Shown here piece by piece: positions 25,960 through 35,416 of a stretch of 64,000 nucleotides of DNA. The notes below the pieces were generated by a model, which was not told where the DNA came from, ran no database searches, and saw only the letters and a program-made list of their open reading frames with translations. Origin of the DNA: an uncultured Verrucomicrobiota bacterium (GTDB lineage: Bacteria; Verrucomicrobiota; Kiritimatiellia; JAAZAB01); the NCBI GenBank assembly GCA_964650945.1, contig CAZYXU010000003.1, forward strand, positions 1,754-65,753. The letters run 5' to 3'. Made by a program: the position numbers and the translations under genes. Each line of letters opens with the position of its first letter. The first letter of the stretch is position 1.

Positions 25960-26719
25960 TTTGCACGACTCCCTCCTGGCGGAACACGCGCGCGGGAAAG
26001 GCGGCGCGCATTTTGTCGCGGACGAAACGCAGCGAATCGGCGGCGGACCGCCGGAAATAAGTCGGGCAGGGCGAGAGGATTTCGACGAAACTGTAGCCCT
26101 TGCCCTGGATTTGGGCGGTGAAGGCGGTGGTGAGGGCTTTTTGCATCTGCATCACCCCGCGCACGCCGTCCAGCGCCACGCGCTCGATGTAATAGGGGGC
26201 TTCCAGGGTATTCAGCAGTTCGCACATGCGCAGGTGATGGCCCATGGTGGCCGGATCGCGGCCGACGGGACAGGTGGCGGTCGTCTGGCCGGGCAGGGTG
26301 GTGGGGGCCATCTGCCCGCCGGTCATGCCATAGACGGTGTTGTTGACGAAGATGACGGTGATGTTTTCGCCGCGGTTGGCGGCATGCACGGTTTCCGTCA
26401 GCCCGATGGCGGCCAGGTCGCCGTCGCCCTGGTAGGAAAACACGATGCGGTCGGGCAGGGCGCGCTTGATGCCGGTGGCGACGGCGGCGGCGCGGCCGTG
26501 CGCCGCTTCGGAGATGTCGCAACGCAGGTAAAAATAGGCGAAGACGGCGCACCCCACCGGCGCAACGCCGACCGTGCGTTCGCGGATGCCCAGGTTGTCC
26601 AGCACCTGCGCCAGGCATTTGTGCGCGAAACTATGGCCGCAGCCGGCGCAATAATGCATCGGTTTGGCCGTCAGCGCGCCGGGCCGTCCGTAGAGGATTT
26701 TTTTTGAATTTTTATGCAT
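25952..26719 (-). CDS. 2-oxoacid:ferredoxin oxidoreductase, beta subunit (TPP-binding)
   Basis: CAGCGH (Cys cluster), GDGDLAAIG (TPP-binding GDG motif), and VIFVNNTVYGMTGGQ. Start taken at MHKNSKK. Confidence 0.85.
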   Translation of the reverse strand: MHKNSKKILYGRPGALTAKPMHYCAGCGHSFAHKCLAQVLDNLGIRERTVGVAPVGCAVFAYFYLRCDISEAAHGRAAAVATGIKRALPDRIVFSYQGDGDLAAIGLTETVHAANRGENITVIFVNNTVYGMTGGQMAPTTLPGQTTATCPVGRDPATMGHHLRMCELLNTLEAPYYIERVALDGVRGVMQMQKALTTAFTAQIQGKGYSFVEILSPCPTYFRRSAADSLRFVRDKMRAAFPARVFRQEGVVQNA

Positions 26720-26729
26720 GCTTACCGCT

Positions 26730-27827
<1,098 letters not shown>

Positions 27828-28062
27828 TTTGTTCGATTTCTATGGCCGCATCCGGACAGATAATGGCGCATTGCCGGCAGCCGATGCAGGTCCCGCCATG
27901 GATGAATTGCGCCACCGGCTGCCCCTGTTGGTTGTAGGCGTGGGCCAGGCTCAGCGACTTGCGGGGGCAAACCTCGATGCATAATCCGCAACCCTTGCAA
28001 TAAATTTTGCTGATGGTGACTTTAAAGGCCATGCCGGCAACCGTAAATTCAAAAGACCCGAT

Positions 28063-28090
28063 TGACTTTATCTAAAACATCCGGATAATC
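28063..28090 (+). promoter_or_regulatory. Sigma70-like promoter candidate (TTGACT-17-ATAATC) for serC, with a ~130-nt leader
   Basis: Read directly: TTGACTttatctaaaacatccggATAATC, with spacing 17. Confidence 0.35.
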
Positions 28091-28223
28091 ATGGCATTGC
28101 CGCGGTAAATTGTCCAGAAATTTCGGCGCGGAGTTTGGTCTTGTGTTTTTTTGCGGAAATCAATACGATTTCCCGACGCACGCTACTTGGCGTGTTCACC
28201 CGACTAAGCATGGAGGAAAAGTC

Positions 28224-29300
28224 ATGGCGCGTATTTTTAATTTTAACGCCGGTCCCGCCACCCTGCCCCTGGAAGTCCTGGAAGAGGCCCAACGCGATTT
28301 GCTGGATTTTCAGGGCACCGGCATGTCGCTGATCGAGAGCAGTCACCGCGGCAAGGCTTACGATGCCGTCCATGCCGAGGCCGTCGCCAATTACCGCCAA
28401 CTGTTGCATTGCCCCGAAGATTATGCCGTGCTGTTCCTCCCCGGCGGCGCCAGCATGCAGTTTGCCATGCTGCCGCTGAACCTCCTGCCGGCCGGCCAGA
28501 CCGCCGATTACATTAATTCGGGCGCCTGGGCGTCGAAAGCGATCAAGGAAGCCAAGCTGGTCGGGAAGGTCAACATCGCCGCCGACACCGGCAAGGCCCA
28601 GCCCGCGCGCCTGCCGGCGGCGGGCGAATTGCAACTGACGCCGGGCGCCGCCTATGTGCATCTGACGTCCAACGAAACCATTGCCGGCACGCAATGGAAA
28701 ACCTTTCCGCAAACCGCCGCGCCGTTGGTGGCGGACATGTCGTCCGACATCCTTTCCCGGCCGTTCGACATCCGGCAATTCGGCATGATTTACGCCGGCG
28801 CCCAGAAAAACATCGGCCCGTCCGGCATCGCCCTGGTGGCGCTGCGCAAGGATCTGGCGGCGCGCGCGCCGGCCAACCTCCCGGTGATGCTGCGCTATCA
28901 GACCCATATCGAGGAAAATTCGCTTTACAACACCCCGCCCACCTTCAGCATCTACCTGATGATGCTGGTGTCGCGCTGGCTGCTGAAAAACGGCCCGGAG
29001 ACGGTTTACCGCCGCAATCGCGAAAAGGCGGATAAGATTTATGCCGCCATCGACGCCACGGAGTTTTACCGCGGGACGGCCGTCCGGGAGTTTCGCTCGG
29101 ACATGAACATTACCTTCCGTTTGCCCAGCGAGCCGCTGGAGGAGCAGTTCGTCAAGGAAGCCTCCCGGCAGGGCATGTCCGGACTGAAGGGACATCGGTC
29201 GGTAGGCGGCGTCCGGGCTTCGGTTTACAATGCCCTGCCCATGGAAGGCGCCCAGGCGCTGGCGGACTTCATGCGCGAATTTGCGCGCAAAAACGGGTAA
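28224..29300 (+). CDS. serC: Phosphoserine aminotransferase SerC
   Basis: MARIFNFNAGPATLP N-terminus, the PLP-lysine region GMIYAGAQKNIGPSGIALV, and overall class-V aminotransferase architecture. Confidence 0.9.
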   Translation: MARIFNFNAGPATLPLEVLEEAQRDLLDFQGTGMSLIESSHRGKAYDAVHAEAVANYRQLLHCPEDYAVLFLPGGASMQFAMLPLNLLPAGQTADYINSGAWASKAIKEAKLVGKVNIAADTGKAQPARLPAAGELQLTPGAAYVHLTSNETIAGTQWKTFPQTAAPLVADMSSDILSRPFDIRQFGMIYAGAQKNIGPSGIALVALRKDLAARAPANLPVMLRYQTHIEENSLYNTPPTFSIYLMMLVSRWLLKNGPETVYRRNREKADKIYAAIDATEFYRGTAVREFRSDMNITFRLPSEPLEEQFVKEASRQGMSGLKGHRSVGGVRASVYNALPMEGAQALADFMREFARKNG

Positions 29301-29384
29301 ACACCGGAACCAATTTCAAAACTCGCGTTTTAAAGGAATTCAGAATTCAGGCGTCAGAATTCAGAATAAAACGGAGCGATATAA
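29300..29384. repeat. Copy of the GAATTCAGAAT module of the intergenic repeat family (GAATTCAGAATTCAGGCGTCAGAATTCAGAAT)
   Basis: It is the reverse complement of the TTGAATTCTGACTTCTGAATCCTGAATTC module at 11925–11955 and 8850–8880. It is preceded by TTTCAAAAC. Confidence 0.4.
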
Positions 29385-29998
29385 TGCGCAGCGTGCCATA
29401 TTCACATCTCGCGGGCATAGCGCTGCTGGCTGGCGCGGCGGCTTTCCTGGCCGGCTGCGCCACCACCAAGGCCGTGCGCGAAACGCGGCCGGTGGAATAC
29501 GTGGTGATGGTCCGCGCCGACCTTCCCTGGCAGAACAGCGGCATTACGGTGCGCGAGGGCGAGGTGCTGCATTGCCTGGCGGAGGGCAAGTGGAGCGATG
29601 ATTTTGGCGTTTACGGCCCGGCGGGCGATCCGGAACACCCGCGCGATAATTTCGGCGTGAATGCCCCGGGGAACGGTTTGCTGTTGCGCCTCAGCGGGCA
29701 GACCAACCGGGTCTATTTTATCGGCGCCCAGGCCGATATAGTGGCCGAGCGCTCCGGGCATGTTTACCTGCGGGGCAATGCCGCCCTCGCGCCGGGCGCC
29801 CGGGGACAGCTCAAGGTCACCCTCATGCCCGCCCCGGATGCCGACGGCGACGGCCTGTCGGATTACGAGGAAATCCAGCTCTGGCGCACCGATCCGCGCC
29901 GGCGCGATAGCAACGGCGCCGGGTTCGGCGACGCCGCCATCGTCAGCGACCGGCGCAGCCGCCCCGGCGGCGGCGTCTTGAAGCCCGCGGTCAATTGA
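29384..29998 (+). CDS. Lipoprotein, hypothetical, with a C-terminal thrombospondin-type-3-like Ca-binding motif
   Basis: Lipobox LAGC. DADGDGLSDYEE matches the DxDxDGxxDxxE calcium-binding loop. Confidence 0.5.
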   Translation: MRSVPYSHLAGIALLAGAAAFLAGCATTKAVRETRPVEYVVMVRADLPWQNSGITVREGEVLHCLAEGKWSDDFGVYGPAGDPEHPRDNFGVNAPGNGLLLRLSGQTNRVYFIGAQADIVAERSGHVYLRGNAALAPGARGQLKVTLMPAPDADGDGLSDYEEIQLWRTDPRRRDSNGAGFGDAAIVSDRRSRPGGGVLKPAVN

Positions 29999-30115
29999 TT
30001 GCGTCCCGCGGCTGCCGCCGCCCTGTAAAACCAGCCGGCCTTTGATTTAATTTGCAATTGCCGGGCGTGCCGTGCTAACATGTCCACTCTTTTACACGCA
30101 ACTGTTGGAGGGGAA

Positions 30116-31183
30116 ATGAAGAAAACCTATAAAATCGCGGTATTGCCCGGCGATGGCACCGGCACGGAAGTGGTCAACGAAGGCGTCAAGGTCTTGAAAG
30201 CCGCTGCCGCCCGCTTCAATTTCGGACTGGATTTGCATGCTTACGATCTGGGCGGCGCGCGTTACCTGGCTACCGGCGAGACCGTACCGGATTCCGTGCT
30301 GGCGGAATTGCGCAAGTATGACGCGATTTTCCTGGGAGCCATCGGCCATCCGGACGTCAAACCCGGCATCCTGGAAAAGGGCATCCTGCTCCGCCTGCGT
30401 TTCGAACTCGATCAATACATCAACCTGCGCCCGGTAAAGTTGTATCCCGGCGTGGATTCCCCTTTGAAAAACAAGGGGCCGGCGGAAATCGATTACGTGG
30501 TCGTGCGCGAAAACACCGGCGGGTTGTACACCGGCGTGGGCGGCATCTCGATGAAGGGCACGCCCCAGGAAGTGGCGGTGCAAAACATGGTCTATTCCCG
30601 GTTCCAGGTGGACCGCTGCCTCAAGTATGCCTTTGAATACGCCCGGCGGCGCAACAAGCGCAAAACCCTCGCCCTGTGCGGCAAGACCAATGTTTTGACC
30701 TACGTGTTCGACCTGTGGGAACGGGCCTTCCATGAAATGGGAGCAAGCGATTTCAGCGATATCAAGCGCGAGTATTTCCACGTGGACGCCACCTGCATGT
30801 GGATGGTGAAGAATCCGGAGTGGTTCGATGTGATTGTCACCGAAAACATGTTCGGCGACATCATTACCGACTTGGGCGCCATCACCCAGGGCGGCATGGG
30901 CATTGCCGCCGGCGGCAACATCAATCCCGAGGGGGTGAGCATGTTCGAGCCCATCGGCGGGTCCGCGCCCAAATATACCGGCCAAAACGTCATCAACCCG
31001 CTGGCGGCGATTTGCGCCGGCGCCATGATGCTGGCCGAATTGGGCGAAATGGACGCGAGCCAGGCGATCGAAAAGTCGGTGATGCAGGTCACCGCCCATA
31101 AAATCAAAAACCTGGGCGCCGGTAAAATGGGGTATTCCACCACCCAGGTGGGCGACATGGTGGCACAGGGCGTGGCGGGTTAG
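30116..31183 (+). CDS. Isocitrate/isopropylmalate dehydrogenase-family enzyme (3-isopropylmalate or tartrate dehydrogenase-like)
   Basis: IAVLPGDGTGTEV, NLRP, and the GSAPKYTGQNVINPLAAI (family signature NLxGDxxSDxxA-like region). Substrate is not assignable. Start moved to MKKTYKIAVL, which has a GGAGGGG RBS. Confidence 0.8.
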   Translation: MKKTYKIAVLPGDGTGTEVVNEGVKVLKAAAARFNFGLDLHAYDLGGARYLATGETVPDSVLAELRKYDAIFLGAIGHPDVKPGILEKGILLRLRFELDQYINLRPVKLYPGVDSPLKNKGPAEIDYVVVRENTGGLYTGVGGISMKGTPQEVAVQNMVYSRFQVDRCLKYAFEYARRRNKRKTLALCGKTNVLTYVFDLWERAFHEMGASDFSDIKREYFHVDATCMWMVKNPEWFDVIVTENMFGDIITDLGAITQGGMGIAAGGNINPEGVSMFEPIGGSAPKYTGQNVINPLAAICAGAMMLAELGEMDASQAIEKSVMQVTAHKIKNLGAGKMGYSTTQVGDMVAQGVAG

Positions 31184-31195
31184 GATGGGTGCAAG

Positions 31196-32203
31196 ATGAA
31201 ACAATATCGTGTAGGCGTGGTCGGTATCGGCGCGGTCGGGACGGAGATGGTGCGGGTGCTGCGGCAGCGTAAATTTCCGGCCGCCGAAATCCGGATCATC
31301 GCGCGGACCGCGCGCACCGAGGTGATTGACGGCGAAAACTACTCCGTGGCGGCCGCCGCGCCCGACGCTTTCGACGGGTTGGATTTCGCTTTCTTTGCCG
31401 GGACGGAAGGCGCCAAGGGCGCCTCGCAGCAGTTTGGCTGGCCGGCGGTGGAAAAGGGCGTGGTGGTGATCGACAATGGCGACGATTACCGCATGGACTC
31501 CCGCGTGCCGCTGGTGATCCCGGAGATCAATGCCGCGGCCCTGGCCAAGCACCAGGGGTTGATCGCCAATCCGAATTGCAGCACCATCATTGCGTTGATG
31601 GCGGTGGCCCCGTTGTACCGCGCCGCCCGTGTCCGCCGCTTCATCGCCAGCACTTACCAGGCGGTTTCCGGCACCGGCCGGCAGGCGCTGGAGGAATTGG
31701 AGCAGCAAGCCCGGGATTATGCCGCCGGCCAGCCCTTGCGGCATGCGGTCTATCCGCACCAGATCGCCTTCAACCTGATTCCCAAGATCGGCGGGGTCAA
31801 GCCGGGCTGCGCCGGGCAGACCAGCGAAGAAGTCAAAATGCTCAACGAGAGCCGCAAAATCCTGGGCGACAAGAAATTGCGCGTCAGCGCCACCTGTGTG
31901 CGCGTGCCGGTGATGAACGGCCACTGCGAGGCCTTGAACCTGGAGTTTGACCGCCCGATGGAACCGGAGGAGGCGCGGGAAATCCTGTCCAAAGCGCCGG
32001 GCGTGGTCCTGGCGGATGATTTGGAGCGCGACGATTACCCCATGCCCATCCGGGCGGCGGGCCAGGATAATGTCCTCGTCGGCCGCATCCGGCGCGACGA
32101 CAGCGTGAAAAACGGGTTGGCCCTGTTTGTCTCCGGCGACAACATCCGCAAGGGCGCCGCGACCAATGCCGTGCAGATTGCCGAGCAACTGATCCAGCCG
32201 TGA
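31196..32203 (+). CDS. asd: Aspartate-semialdehyde dehydrogenase
   Basis: VGVVGIGAVGTEM Rossmann motif, the NPNCSTI active-site Cys motif, and a C-terminal dimerisation domain. Confidence 0.9.
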   Translation: MKQYRVGVVGIGAVGTEMVRVLRQRKFPAAEIRIIARTARTEVIDGENYSVAAAAPDAFDGLDFAFFAGTEGAKGASQQFGWPAVEKGVVVIDNGDDYRMDSRVPLVIPEINAAALAKHQGLIANPNCSTIIALMAVAPLYRAARVRRFIASTYQAVSGTGRQALEELEQQARDYAAGQPLRHAVYPHQIAFNLIPKIGGVKPGCAGQTSEEVKMLNESRKILGDKKLRVSATCVRVPVMNGHCEALNLEFDRPMEPEEAREILSKAPGVVLADDLERDDYPMPIRAAGQDNVLVGRIRRDDSVKNGLALFVSGDNIRKGAATNAVQIAEQLIQP

Positions 32204-32207
32204 CGGG

Positions 32208-32375
32208 TTATTCGGTGAAAATGGGCAACGCCGGGGCGCCTTCCCAGTTCTGCGGGGTGTTCCACGGCATGGAATTGTCCGAGGTGTCGGTGGTGGCGCA
32301 GCCGCCCAGCAATCCCGCCGCCAGCAGCAACAAGATGGCGCATACCAGGCGGGCGTTGTCTTGCAGGACTTGCAT
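32208..32375 (-). CDS. Small (55 aa) lipoprotein, not in the ORF track
   Basis: Reverse strand: MQVLQDNARLVCAILLLLAAGLLGGCATTDTSDNSMPWNTPQNWEGAPALPIFTE*. It has a signal peptide and an LGGC lipobox. It fills the gap between asd and the next reverse-strand gene. Confidence 0.45.
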   Translation of the reverse strand: MQVLQDNARLVCAILLLLAAGLLGGCATTDTSDNSMPWNTPQNWEGAPALPIFTE

Positions 32376-32377
32376 GT

Positions 32378-33256
32378 TTATAACATGATGTTGTCGCCCT
32401 CGCGCGGCGCGAGTTTCTGCCAGTCAACCAGGATTTCGGCGATGGCCATGTTTTCCACCACGCTTTCCACGCGCACCTTGCCCACCAGTTGATCGGCCCG
32501 GTGAACCAGGAATTCCAGCTTGGGGGCGATGGGCGTCATGTTATCCTTGTCGAATCCCAGCACCACGAAATTCCATTCGGGATTGGCGAAGAGCACCACC
32601 CCCAACTGGCCCTGGGACAACTGGGCCTTGCTGGCCTCGGGGTTGGCGCGCGCTTCCAGGTCGGTCACCTTCTGTTGCAGCCCGGCGATTTGATCCTGGA
32701 GACTGCGCTTCTGGATTTCCAGGTCGTCAATCGCCACTTTCAGCGTGTCCACGCGTCCGTTCAACTCTTTTTCGGAGCGCTCCATGGCGCGGATCGTGTT
32801 GTCGCGCTCGGCCACGGAGGCTTGCAGCCCGGTAATGCTTTCATCGCGCTCCTGAATGGTGGTGCGCGCGCCGGCCAGGTCGCTTTTCGTGGCGCGCAGG
32901 TCTTCCGTGGTCTGCGCCAGCGTATCCTTGGTCTCCCCCAGGACGCGGCGGGTATCGTTCAGGCGCGCCAACTGGTTCTGGGCGGCGACCGTGAGCTGGC
33001 TGAGCGGGGCGTCCATGGGGGCGGGGCCGCCGGCGGGATTTTTAAAGGCTTTGAGCTGGTCCTCGGCGATCACGACAAATGCCGGATTGTCATCGCTTTG
33101 CTCAACGGTGGCGGCAATCTGCCGCACGGCGGTTTCCAGTTTCTGGGTGCGGCCCTTCAGCTCCTCGCGCTGCGGAAACAGGCGGATGCCGAACCATAAC
33201 GCGGCCGCGCTGGCCAGCAACAACAAGATCAATACGAGTTTTAAAAAGGTTTGCAT
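32378..33256 (-). CDS. Single-pass membrane coiled-coil protein, hypothetical
   Basis: N-terminal TM FLKLVLILLLLASAAALWF and a long heptad-like region rich in L/E/Q/R. GGAGG RBS before ATG 33256. Confidence 0.5.
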   Translation of the reverse strand: MQTFLKLVLILLLLASAAALWFGIRLFPQREELKGRTQKLETAVRQIAATVEQSDDNPAFVVIAEDQLKAFKNPAGGPAPMDAPLSQLTVAAQNQLARLNDTRRVLGETKDTLAQTTEDLRATKSDLAGARTTIQERDESITGLQASVAERDNTIRAMERSEKELNGRVDTLKVAIDDLEIQKRSLQDQIAGLQQKVTDLEARANPEASKAQLSQGQLGVVLFANPEWNFVVLGFDKDNMTPIAPKLEFLVHRADQLVGKVRVESVVENMAIAEILVDWQKLAPREGDNIML

Positions 33257-33409
33257 AAATTCCACGCCTCCGTCCCGGTCCATGGACCCCCATCCAACTG
33301 GCATTCACATTGTATCAACTTGCGGCCGGGATACAACGATTATTTTACGCACAGGAAAAATTTGTCCGGCGGCTGGCGCTCGCCTCCCGGGGCCGCGCAA
33401 AACCGCCCG

Positions 33410-35335
33410 TCAATCCGGACGTTCCACGATCCGGATGGACTTGATGCGCACGTCGCCCTGGCCGGTATAATATACCCGCGGTTCGATGCTGAAAAAATCG
33501 TCCGCCTCGAAATCCAGTGCCTGCGCGCCTTGCGCGCCGGCCGGGACCGTGCGTTCGGCCAGCACCCGGCGGCCGCTGTCGGCGCTGACATCCAGCACCG
33601 CCGGCGGGCCGCCGCCGCCGGCTTCCATTTCGAAGAGCGCGGTGAAGCGGCCGGGGAAAACGTACCGGTAGTTGCCGAAAACCAGCTTGCCCTTGCGGTC
33701 GCGGCCGGCGCGGGCCACGCGCTCTGTCGGGGCGTCATCCGCGGCCCGGACGTCCGTGCCGGTCTGCCGGTGCGCCCGGGCCGGGCTGATGGACACCGCG
33801 TAGGGTTCGTTGCGGTCCATGGGCCGCAACTCCGGCGGGGCGCCGCCGGCCAGCCGGAACGGCCGGCGGTTTTTAAAATAACGGACTGCCGCCACTTCGG
33901 CGCCATCCGCGGCCAGCATGACCAGCGGCGCGCTGTTCAAGCCGTGCGGGTTGGCGGTGGCGAAGTCCAGGGGGTGATCGCCCTGCCAGCCTTGGTTGAC
34001 CATGAACACCAGCGCATCCGCCGGCGCGCGCGCAATCGTCGCCAGCAATGCCCGGCGCGGTTCGATCGTTTCCCGCAAAGCGTGCGCCGCCTTCAAACTG
34101 AAACGGACCGGTCCGGCCAGCACCGCCAACGCCAGCGCCAGGACGGTCCAGCGGCGGATGGCCGGGGTCCGGGCCGACATACCCCACAACCGGCCGGCGC
34201 CCGCGGCCGCGCCGGCGATAATGAACGGCAGGATTTCGAAATAATACCCCGGCCCGGTTTCGTGCGGGCCGCGATGGAAAAAGAAAAGATAACCCGCCGG
34301 CACGGCGATCACCGGGCCGGCCAGGATCAGCCAGCGGCTTCGCGGCCGGCCGGCCAGCAGCAGGCCGGCCCATAAGAGCAATCCGCCCGGGAATCCCCAG
34401 AGCCAGCCATCCGCCAGACGCAGGTTGTTTTGTAATATCTTCCATCCCTTGGCCAGGGTGTGCAGGCCGTAATGGCGCTGGCCGAAACCCAGCGCCTCCA
34501 GCGGCTCGTAATACAGGTAGGTCATCTTGAACGGGTTGCCCAGGATAAGGTGATTGTAAAACAGCAGGGCCGCCGCGCCGGCCGCGGCGCCGCCGGCAAA
34601 TAATGCCGCCCCGCGCAAGGTGCGCTCGTCGCGCCGGACAGCCAGCGTCCACAGCGCGTCCACCCCGAACGGCAGCGCCATCAGCAGCGCCGTATAAGTG
34701 CGGTTGACGCATAAAAATCCCCAGGCCAGCCCGGCCAGCAAGGCCGCGCCGGGCCGGCCGGACCGCCGCCACCAGAGGTGGCAAACCAGCAGGCCGGCGA
34801 CCGCGAGAAGTCCGCTGGTATGACTGAGCAGCGTGGCAAAGGTGAATAAAAACCAGGGGCTGATCAACAACAGGACTCCGGCAAACATTCCGGCGGTTGC
34901 CGGGGCGCCGGCTGCGGCCGGGGTGCCGGCTGCGGCCGGGGTGCCGGCTGCGGCCGGGGCGGCGGCCAGGGCGGCGGCCAGGGCGATGAGCAACAGCGCC
35001 AGGCCGGCGCCAAAAAACACGCTGAAGTAAGGACTGCCCGCCCAGGCCCCGGGCAGCAGGAACAAAGCATGGCCGGGCGGGTAGCGGGAAACCCAGCCGG
35101 TTGCGCGCTCCATGATATTCATCTTATGGGAGAGCAGGGGCGCGAAGGGGGGGCAGGGCCGGCTGAACCCGCCTTCCAGAAAAGTGTTGACCTGGAAAAT
35201 ATAACTCTGCTCGTCGGTGGTCAGGGGTGTGCGGCATAGAACGCGGTTGGCGAGTTGCTGGACAACGATCCCGGCCGCCGCGGCCAGGGCCAGGAGCGCC
35301 AGTCCGCAAATGATTTTTTTTAGTTGCGGATTCAA
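33410..35335 (-). CDS. ArnT/PMT-like (GT39/GT83, PMT_2-type) polyprenyl-phosphate-sugar-dependent glycosyltransferase with a C-terminal soluble domain
   Basis: First periplasmic loop TTDEQSYIFQVNTFLEGG matches the DE(x)Y…L catalytic motif of ArnT/PMT enzymes. About 11 TM helices. Contains a perfect 18-bp ×3 tandem repeat (AAAGTP). Confidence 0.7.
   Translation of the reverse strand: MNPQLKKIICGLALLALAAAAGIVVQQLANRVLCRTPLTTDEQSYIFQVNTFLEGGFSRPCPPFAPLLSHKMNIMERATGWVSRYPPGHALFLLPGAWAGSPYFSVFFGAGLALLLIALAAALAAAPAAAGTPAAAGTPAAAGAPATAGMFAGVLLLISPWFLFTFATLLSHTSGLLAVAGLLVCHLWWRRSGRPGAALLAGLAWGFLCVNRTYTALLMALPFGVDALWTLAVRRDERTLRGAALFAGGAAAGAAALLFYNHLILGNPFKMTYLYYEPLEALGFGQRHYGLHTLAKGWKILQNNLRLADGWLWGFPGGLLLWAGLLLAGRPRSRWLILAGPVIAVPAGYLFFFHRGPHETGPGYYFEILPFIIAGAAAGAGRLWGMSARTPAIRRWTVLALALAVLAGPVRFSLKAAHALRETIEPRRALLATIARAPADALVFMVNQGWQGDHPLDFATANPHGLNSAPLVMLAADGAEVAAVRYFKNRRPFRLAGGAPPELRPMDRNEPYAVSISPARAHRQTGTDVRAADDAPTERVARAGRDRKGKLVFGNYRYVFPGRFTALFEMEAGGGGPPAVLDVSADSGRRVLAERTVPAGAQGAQALDFEADDFFSIEPRVYYTGQGDVRIKSIRIVERPD
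34900..34960. repeat. In-frame 18-bp tandem repeat (GGGGTGCCGGCTGCGGCC, ~3.5 copies) inside the GT39-like gene
   Basis: Read directly. It encodes (P)AAAGT repeats in a predicted loop. Confidence 0.6.
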
Positions 35336-35339
35336 AGCC

Positions 35340-35410
35340 GATCGTTATCCTGCCTGTTGAATTCTGCCCCCGAATACTGCCCCCCGCGAACACTGACCAC
35401 CGAACACTCC
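35340..35410. repeat. Degenerate copy of the intergenic repeat family (TTGAATTCTGCC…CGAACACTGACCACCGAACACT)
   Basis: Both modules are present between two reverse-strand genes. Confidence 0.4.
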
Positions 35411-35416
35411 GCCGAG

